From assembly GCA_029856145.1 (NCBI GenBank), contig JAHQWK010000013.1:1-38301 (forward strand): 38,301 nucleotides of DNA. The letters run 5' to 3'. This document shows, one piece after another, positions 32,049 through 38,301 of this stretch; positions within the stretch are counted from its first letter, which is position 1; every line of letters begins with the position of its first letter. Below the pieces are notes generated by a model. That model did not search any database and had not been told where the DNA came from. It saw only the letters and a list, made by a program, of their open reading frames with translations. A program made the position numbers and the translations under genes. The DNA comes from Promethearchaeia archaeon. Lineage in GTDB: Archaea > Asgardarchaeota > Lokiarchaeia > Sigyniarchaeales > SOKP01.

Positions 32049-33914
32049 ATGAAAATGAAAAAATTAGTGTTAATTTTTATACTTAGTTTAAACTTAGGCT
32101 TTAGTGTCTTATTATATGGAACAAACATTAATGTTAATGTAAATGATGAGATTAATAATTGGAAAATTGAAATTAAGTCCTCGGCAACAGTATCACATGA
32201 ATATGAGTGGTATCGCACATGGGGTGGTGGTTTAAGTGATATTGGTGGCAACGTAGCAGTTGATTCATCTGATAATGTATTTATCGGAGGAGCAACAGAA
32301 AGTTTCGGTGCAGGTGGAGCGGATATAGTTTTGTTGAAATATGATAACTCAGGAATATTTCAATGGCAACGTATTTGGGGTGGGAATCATTACGATTCTG
32401 GTAATGATATAGCAGTTGATTCATTAGATAACATTTATCTAGTAGGAACGACCAATAGCTATACTGCAGGAGGATCTGATGTTATTCTAATCAAGTATGA
32501 TAATTCCGGAGTTTTACAATGGAACGTAACATGGGGTGGGAGTGAAGATGATGAAGGTCTTGGAATAACTATTGATTCATTGAATAATGTGTATATTACG
32601 GGAGATACAGATACTTATAGTAATAAATTACTAGCAAAGTATGATAGTTCTGGAGTGCTACAGTGGAGCAAAACTAATAGTGAGCTGGCAGGTATTGGTA
32701 AAGAATTGGCTCTAGATTCATTGGGTAATATTTATCTTGTAGGAGAAACGTATTATGGTGAAGGATTAACAGATGTCCTTTTAGAGAAGTACAACTCTGC
32801 AGGAGTGATACAATGGAATAAAACATGGGGAGGAAGTAATTGGGACTATGGATGGGATGTAGATGTAGATTCAGCAAATAATGTGTATGTTTCTGGAAGA
32901 ACTAGAAGTTTTGGGGTTGGAGATAGTGATATGCTTTTGATTAAGTACGATAGTACTGGAACACAACTGTGGAATCGTACATGGGGTGGGGTTAGTACTG
33001 ATCTTGGTGTAAGGATAACAATTGATTCCTTAGATAATGTGTATTTTGCTGGAACGACAGTAGGGTTTGGAGCCGGTCTTTTTGATATGACATTAGTAAA
33101 ATACAATGCTTTTGGTGAACAGCTATGGTACCGAACATGGGGGGGTAGTTCAAGTGATTATGGTGTCGGAGTAATTTTAGATTCATCAGAGAATATATTT
33201 ATCGGAGGAGCAACAGGAAGTTTTGGAGCAGGGATGGAAGATTTTGCATTGGTCAAATATAGTAAGATTCCAGAAATAACAATTAATTCTCCAAACCAGA
33301 ACGATTTATATGGACATTCAGCACCAACATTTAGTATTTATATTCTAGAACCGAATTTACACTCGACATGGTATACTTTAGATGATGGAGTTAATATACC
33401 GTTTAGTGGATTGACTGGGATAATAAATCAAATAGAATGGGATAAAGAAACAAGTGGGGGGGTTACTATTCAATTCTATGCAAATAATACTTTAGGTAAA
33501 GAAGGATCTGCCGAAGTTACAGTCCTTAAAGATATAGAAAATCCTGAAATTTTGATATACAGTCCTAATGTCGATGAAGAATTTGGAAGTATAGCACCTT
33601 CGTATGATCTTGTTATTAATGAGCCAAACCTAGATTCGATTTGGTACACAATTGATGGTGGTGTAAATAATTATACAATCACTCTATTATCAGGCGATAT
33701 TAATCAATCGGCATGGGATGCTGCTGTTTATGGTGCCATAAATATAAGATTTTATGCTGAAGATCTTGTTGGAAATATTGATTATAATGAGGTTAATATC
33801 AAGAAAATAAAGGAAACTCCAGCAATTCCAGGATATGAATTATTCGTACTAATCAGTCTAATTGGCATAATAACCATAATATACCTACGAAAAAATGCTA
33901 AAATAATTAAATAA
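32049..33914 (+). CDS. Secreted SBBP-like beta-propeller protein with two Ig-like domains and Loki-CTERM-like anchor
   Basis: Signal peptide (MKMKKLVLIFILSL), about 7 WGG/D.AVDS..N.Y/KYD.SG blades, two PEI.I.SP...EPNL.S.WYT.D.G repeats and C-terminal PAIPGY + TM + RKNAK. Confidence 0.88.
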   Translation: MKMKKLVLIFILSLNLGFSVLLYGTNINVNVNDEINNWKIEIKSSATVSHEYEWYRTWGGGLSDIGGNVAVDSSDNVFIGGATESFGAGGADIVLLKYDNSGIFQWQRIWGGNHYDSGNDIAVDSLDNIYLVGTTNSYTAGGSDVILIKYDNSGVLQWNVTWGGSEDDEGLGITIDSLNNVYITGDTDTYSNKLLAKYDSSGVLQWSKTNSELAGIGKELALDSLGNIYLVGETYYGEGLTDVLLEKYNSAGVIQWNKTWGGSNWDYGWDVDVDSANNVYVSGRTRSFGVGDSDMLLIKYDSTGTQLWNRTWGGVSTDLGVRITIDSLDNVYFAGTTVGFGAGLFDMTLVKYNAFGEQLWYRTWGGSSSDYGVGVILDSSENIFIGGATGSFGAGMEDFALVKYSKIPEITINSPNQNDLYGHSAPTFSIYILEPNLHSTWYTLDDGVNIPFSGLTGIINQIEWDKETSGGVTIQFYANNTLGKEGSAEVTVLKDIENPEILIYSPNVDEEFGSIAPSYDLVINEPNLDSIWYTIDGGVNNYTITLLSGDINQSAWDAAVYGAINIRFYAEDLVGNIDYNEVNIKKIKETPAIPGYELFVLISLIGIITIIYLRKNAKIIK

Positions 33915-33922
33915 TAAATATC

Positions 33923-33970
33923 TTTTTTTTAAATTTTTTTTGTTAACAAATTTTCAATTTTCTTTTTTAT
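33923..33970 (+). terminator. T-rich terminator candidate
   Basis: Several T6-T8 runs after the stop codon. Confidence 0.5.
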
Positions 33971-34004
33971 TCGTGAATACAATAAAAGTTAGTTCCTCCC
34001 TACC

Positions 34005-34112
34005 TCTATTAAAATATCTAATTCATCTTGAAATTCCATAAAATAACGGAACTATCATAGAACTATCGGAAGCTCAATTATAAAAGTAAGCTCCAACAAA
34101 ATTAAATTAAAT
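34005..34112 (+). repeat. Intergenic element copy 2
   Basis: Core GGAACTATCATAGAACTATCGGAAGCTCAATTATAAA at 34048-34084. Flanks align with copies 1 and 3. Confidence 0.9.
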
Positions 34113-34135
34113 AATTTAAACTTTTAAAAAGCAAT

Positions 34136-34627
34136 GTGATTCTTATGGGAAAAAAGCTTAGAAAAGAAGCAAAGAATTTAGGATTTCTGAATTATCCAAA
34201 AACAGTTCTATATGGAGGTGCAGGAGAATTAACAATTGGTTCTGCATGGGGATATACAACTTCCATTCCTATTTGGGCTCCTTTTCTTGAAGGATTTCTG
34301 AAAAATCTTGATCCTGATACTAAAATAGGTATTTCAAAACCGGATCGTAATAAATTAATCTTTTTTCTAGCACCAAATCTTCATGTATATATAGAAATAG
34401 ATGCTAAGACTGCGGGATTTTTGGACATTAAGAAAAATCATGTGCAACAAATAAATATTTTCAGCAGAGATAATAATTATGTGAATGAGATTGCTCATGT
34501 TATTAATAATTGTCATAAAAGTGGAATCCTAGATGAAATTATTTGGGAGAAGGTTGGAAAAAAATTTAATATTAATCAGGAACAAGAGATTCAAATGTGG
34601 AAAGATATATTAGAACAACCAGTTTAA
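34136..34627 (+). CDS. Hypothetical soluble protein; likely start at ATG 34145
   Basis: 163-codon ORF with globular-looking composition in AT-rich DNA, directly downstream of repeat copy 2. No family recognised. Confidence 0.7.
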   Translation: MILMGKKLRKEAKNLGFLNYPKTVLYGGAGELTIGSAWGYTTSIPIWAPFLEGFLKNLDPDTKIGISKPDRNKLIFFLAPNLHVYIEIDAKTAGFLDIKKNHVQQINIFSRDNNYVNEIAHVINNCHKSGILDEIIWEKVGKKFNINQEQEIQMWKDILEQPV

Positions 34628-34673
34628 TATTTTTCTGTTAATTTAAGGAAAAGAAGCATAAAGATGTAAAAGG

Positions 34674-35594
34674 GTGATGAAGATGAACAAAAATAATGAA
34701 CCATGGTCAAAAAGAGTGTGGTATGTAGAAGGCCTAATTTTTTTTTTTTTTTTATGGATCACAAATTCTAATGTGATAGCGATGATATCACTTATGGCCA
34801 TCTCAGTAATCGTAATTGGAATTACTTCTATATACTTAAAAAATTTGAAAAATATCAGAGAAATGAAAAAAAGCAAAATTCTATCATTAGCTATTCTTAG
34901 TATTCTCGTTTTATTATCATTAGTTTACTTCTTACCAGTTGTAAGAGGTTATGACTATATTTTTTCCGATAAGGAAGATGATGTTATTCGTGATTGTGAT
35001 TCTGAAGTAGATATTGGTGATTTTCATGATGAAATTGACATTGTAAAAATTACTATTGCTGGAAAAAATATTAATTTAACTGTAGCAGGTAATTTTGGTT
35101 ATTGGAATAATAGCCACTTTGCTGCAATACATTTTTCTAATAGATTCATGGCCCAAGAAAATTCTACTGAATTTACATGGACACCTCCTTGTTATGTTAT
35201 AACATGTAAAAAAGATAACGGTGGTTTTAAAGTAACTTTGGAAAGAGCATATAGTTTGGGTTTTGGGGATTTTGTTTATGAAGCATGGAATGGCACCGGT
35301 TGGGAAGATAGAGGTACAGCAACCGCAGCAAATATCTTTACTAGTACTACTGAACATTCAATAATCATAGATATTCCTACTGCAGTCGAGCCAATACCTG
35401 CTGATATGAAAGTCTTGGTCTGGACTCGTTACCTAGTTTCAGTTAATTGTAAATATCATGATTTTGCACCTCAATTGTCTAGTTTTCAAGAAGAAGATAC
35501 AATTTCTAGCTACTATATATTTATATTAATTTGTACGATGATTGGGATTTCTTTAATCATGATAAAAAATACAAGAAACAGAAAACTAAATTAA
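34674..35594 (+). CDS. Secreted/surface protein with C-terminal TM anchor; probable true start ATG 34863, fused in frame to an upstream hydrophobic segment through a T16 tract
   Basis: MKKSKILSLAIL... signal peptide at 34863, acidic DKEDDV...DEIDI motif and a TISSY + TM + KNTRNRK tail resembling Loki-CTERM. Confidence 0.7.
   Translation: MMKMNKNNEPWSKRVWYVEGLIFFFFLWITNSNVIAMISLMAISVIVIGITSIYLKNLKNIREMKKSKILSLAILSILVLLSLVYFLPVVRGYDYIFSDKEDDVIRDCDSEVDIGDFHDEIDIVKITIAGKNINLTVAGNFGYWNNSHFAAIHFSNRFMAQENSTEFTWTPPCYVITCKKDNGGFKVTLERAYSLGFGDFVYEAWNGTGWEDRGTATAANIFTSTTEHSIIIDIPTAVEPIPADMKVLVWTRYLVSVNCKYHDFAPQLSSFQEEDTISSYYIFILICTMIGISLIMIKNTRNRKLN
34738..34753 (+). repeat. T16 homopolymer
   Basis: Sixteen consecutive Ts, the longest homopolymer I noticed in the window. 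Confidence 0.9.
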
Positions 35595-35620
35595 AAATAA
35601 AACTTAAATAAACGATTAGA

Positions 35621-35950
35621 ATGGCAGAGATCGATAACTTGAGAGGAAAATGGGTAATATACCAAGGAAAAGTGTATGAAAAGACTGGTTCTGGTGAAAT
35701 GGATTTGAGTGATAGAACAATATCTAACGTGAGTGAAATTATCGGTCTAAAGGAACTCAAAAAACTTACTAAGTTGAATCTCTCAAATAATAACATTTCT
35801 GAGATCAAAGGTCTTAAAAAGTTAACCGAATTGACAGAATTCAATATTGCCTATAAAAGAAAATTTGAAGCTTTAAAAAAAAGTAGTATTCTAAAAAATA
35901 ATATAATATTTTTTAATGTGAAATCCAAAAATAATAAAAAGAGGTATTAG
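35621..35950 (+). pseudogene. 3'-truncated leucine-rich repeat (SDS22-like) gene
   Basis: LKKLTKLNLSNNNISEIKGLKKLTEL consensus. The pattern breaks after about 2.5 repeats near 35853 and runs into Lys/Asn-rich, non-coding-like sequence. Confidence 0.65.
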
Positions 35951-35952
35951 AT

Positions 35953-36474
35953 ATGGCTCAAATCAAGAAGAAAGATAGGACACAATATATTTGGAAATTA
36001 ATAATGGCAGGTGGTGTTTTAACACTATTAAGTCTGGTTCTTCCGTCAGCCTTTTTCATAGAATCTGGAGTGTGGGGTTTGTTATGGTATATTGGTATTT
36101 TATGGGGAGGAGATATTTATGGAGGAGAAGTTCTAGGTTTTATTGATGATGGTAGATACATACCAATTGGAGTTATTACAACGGTTTTATTAATTATAGC
36201 ATTGATATTAATGGCTATTTCAGCTAGAAATACAAAAAAAGAGAGAAATTTCAAACTAAACGCAGGAATAAGTTTTCTTGGTAGTATATTAGCCATTATT
36301 GGTCCAATTGTATATTATTTCTATTTGGATGCAGAAATCCCTGTCCTCTTTTGGGATCATTTTCTTCCATTTGTGGGAGTATTTCTTCCACTCATAGCTA
36401 GCATCTTAGGAATTATCAGTGCTATCATGCTTGTGTCTGCTACTAAATTAGGATCAAAATCAGGAGAAAGGTAG
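35953..36474 (+). CDS. Four-TM membrane protein
   Basis: Four hydrophobic helices, a Trp/Gly-rich first loop and SD GAGGT. Confidence 0.75.
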   Translation: MAQIKKKDRTQYIWKLIMAGGVLTLLSLVLPSAFFIESGVWGLLWYIGILWGGDIYGGEVLGFIDDGRYIPIGVITTVLLIIALILMAISARNTKKERNFKLNAGISFLGSILAIIGPIVYYFYLDAEIPVLFWDHFLPFVGVFLPLIASILGIISAIMLVSATKLGSKSGER

Positions 36475-36499
36475 AACAAAGAGGAAGGCATAAATTTAT

Positions 36500-36752
36500 T
36501 TCTATAACAAATCTCCGTAGTACTTGGATCAGTTTTAGATAGAGTGACTTTCCACTCATCTAAGTCTGCAAATAAATCTAAAGCAGATTCAATTTCAATT
36601 TCCCATGCATACAAAAATACAGTATACCCGCTATTAGCTCTTAAGCTAGTAGGTAGCGTAATCTCGTCGCTGGTTGCAGCGTTAGGACCAGACTGAACAA
36701 CTTGTTTACGGATAAACTCAATTGGTAAACTTGCTATTGGTATAATAACCAC
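36500..36752 (-). pseudogene. 5' fragment of an unidentified gene, possibly a small-virus capsid-like protein
   Basis: SD-like AGGTGG followed by ATA (possibly a decayed ATG) and then PIASLPIEFIRKQVVQSGPNAATSDEITLP.... The frame runs without its own stop into the antisense strand of the neighbouring gene (stop at 36357). Confidence 0.4.
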
Positions 36753-36848
36753 CTTATATCTATATTATTTTTTAAGGATAAGAAGATGCTTTTTATATTC
36801 ACACCAAGGGTTAAAGATCCTATGTGGTAAACGTAGAACATCTTCAAA

Positions 36849-37223
36849 TTACAAACTACTAAATATTATTTTAGGAGGATAATTAAGTTTAGATGTTTTT
36901 TTCTTAGAACTTGATAGTTCTTGAAATTTCTTTTTTCCCTCTGAGGTAATTCTGTAATGACCTCGTGTAAAATTTTCTACAAAACCTTTACGTTTTAACT
37001 TATCTAAATGTCTCGATAAAGTACCTGTAGGGATTGAGATAGGTTCTTGGCAAAAGTCCACCCATTCACATATATCGTTATTGTATAACATCCAGAGAAG
37101 AATGTGGTCATAATTCGGTCTTTTCAATTTGGAAGGGCTATAGATCTTTTCTGGAGGATAATTTATGCTTCCTATATTCTGATTGAAATAATTTATTTTT
37201 TCTAAAATATAGATCGGTTTCAT
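36849..37223 (-). pseudogene. Truncated paralog of the 29908-31836 regulator (first wHTH only)
   Basis: About 15 differences over ~103 aligned residues. The ancestral ATG is now ATA (37173-37175), there is an in-frame ATG at 37223, and homology stops near 36862. Confidence 0.88.
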
Positions 37224-37224
37224 T

Positions 37225-37330
37225 TCTATTTATATCTATTTCATAGAACTTCCACAAAGAAGTGGAACTATTATGGAACTATCGGAAGCTCAATTATAAA
37301 TGCAACTATATCTCAAAATTATATTAATCA
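37225..37330 (+). repeat. Intergenic element copy 3
   Basis: Core GGAACTATTATGGAACTATCGGAAGCTCAATTATAAA at 37264-37300. Confidence 0.9.
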
Positions 37331-37375
37331 TCAAATAGATGATAAACTAAATTTTAAAAAAAAGGGTGTAAAAAT

Positions 37376-38301
37376 ATGAAAAAAAAGTTTGTAGTAATTT
37401 TGACATGGGTTATAATCCTTATTTTTCCATATTTTGGTAGTTTTCCGATGTCTGAAACGAAAGAAGAGGATAAGTATGGTAATACTAGTAAACCTATTTT
37501 GTCAGATGTTATTGTAGAAAACTATACTGTTCCAGGGGTTTCAGCTGCCATTCCATCAAGTCAGTTAGTCAAAATTGGAGTTCTTGGTGATATGGACGAT
37601 ATCACAGGTAATCATTCATGGAAGGGAGCTATGGTAGCCGCGAGAGAAATAAATGAAGCAGGGGGTCTTTTGCTTAATGGTTCAACGTATTATATTGGAA
37701 TCATAGCAGAGAATACGGATGAAGCAAATCCAATGCTTAATCCTGCCACTGGAGTAAGTGCAGCGCTTAAAATGGTTAATGATCATAAACCACACTTTGT
37801 TCTTGGGGGATTTCGTTATGAATCTTTAGTAGCTTATCAAGAAGTTATAATGGATGCGAAAATACCCTTTATTTGCACTGGTTGTTCAGTAGAAGCTCTA
37901 TGTCTAAATGTAAAAAATTTTTACCCACGTTATAAATATTTCTTTAGAATTATGCCAATTAATACAACGGCATTGGCATTTGAACTTGCATCATATATCT
38001 CAGAACTAACAGATTACTTATCTACTCATTATGAAGGAAATGTAACAAAAGTAGTTATTGTGCGAGAAGACTTAACTTGGGCGCCCCCTTCTTTCTGGTA
38101 TATTTTAAATGCTTCTCTTTCTACCGATATAATTCTATCCGAGAGTATTTTACCTATAGATCTTAACCCTTTAGCCATAGAAGGGCTTTTAAGTAATTAT
38201 GACTCAATGGGGGCTCAAATCTTAGTTCCACTTATCTCTGGGCATTTAGGAACATATCTAGGTCAATATTATGGAGAAGTAAAACCAAGATTCTTATTAG
38301 C
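37376..38301 (+). CDS. Periplasmic-binding-protein type 1 (LivJ/LivK-like ABC substrate-binding protein); runs off the window end and is absent from the ORF track
   Basis: Manual translation: MKKKFVVILTWVIILIF... (signal/anchor), VKIGVLGDM...WKGAMVAAREINEAGGLLLNG..., VLGGFRYE, KIPFICTG, YKYFFRIMP. SD GGGTG. Confidence 0.88.
   Translation, partial: MKKKFVVILTWVIILIFPYFGSFPMSETKEEDKYGNTSKPILSDVIVENYTVPGVSAAIPSSQLVKIGVLGDMDDITGNHSWKGAMVAAREINEAGGLLLNGSTYYIGIIAENTDEANPMLNPATGVSAALKMVNDHKPHFVLGGFRYESLVAYQEVIMDAKIPFICTGCSVEALCLNVKNFYPRYKYFFRIMPINTTALAFELASYISELTDYLSTHYEGNVTKVVIVREDLTWAPPSFWYILNASLSTDIILSESILPIDLNPLAIEGLLSNYDSMGAQILVPLISGHLGTYLGQYYGEVKPRFLL

Noticed and set aside
36357-36500. C-terminal part of the 131-aa minus-strand ORF as real protein
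   Set aside because: It is mostly the antisense of the 4-TM gene's 3' end, reached by read-through after truncation.
36782-36845. 7-bp inverted repeat GAAGATG/CATCTTC between the two remnants as a MITE or viral origin
   Set aside because: Too short, with no target duplication and no canonical nonanucleotide loop.
31885-37330. CRISPR array or IS terminal repeats as explanation of the three repeats
   Set aside because: Copies are 2-3 kb apart, in direct orientation, with no spacers, cas genes or transposase.

Overview
AT-rich (roughly 30% GC by eye) chromosomal segment, most likely from a Lokiarchaeia-type Asgard archaeon. This is inferred from an archaeal-type LeuRS, a roadblock-small GTPase fusion, a TPR protein with a longin-like C-terminus, beta-propeller surface proteins with Loki-CTERM-like anchors, SDS22-like LRRs and expanded multi-PAS histidine kinases. 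The left part holds acetoacetate-CoA ligase, a GC-anomalous katG followed by a Fur/PerR-family regulator and YbaN, an Eis-like GNAT and a cold-shock protein. The middle holds three soluble multi-PAS kinases (about 17 PAS domains, no receiver domain in the window) plus a kinase pseudogene, leuS with a structured upstream region, the roadblock-Rab fusion, a radical SAM enzyme and a thiolase-fold protein lacking the nucleophilic Cys. The right part (29.9-38.3 kb) is a mosaic. A ~105-bp intergenic element with an invariant 25-bp core occurs three times, each upstream of a different + strand gene, and twice it is back-to-back with a winged-helix regulator (one intact tandem-wHTH/TPR gene, one truncated paralog). 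This putative portable regulator/operator module is the best candidate for an undescribed system. It is interspersed with gene remnants, one resembling a small-virus capsid N-terminus. I recognised no tRNA, rRNA, CRISPR array, transposase or integrase. All family calls are from motif recognition, not database searches.
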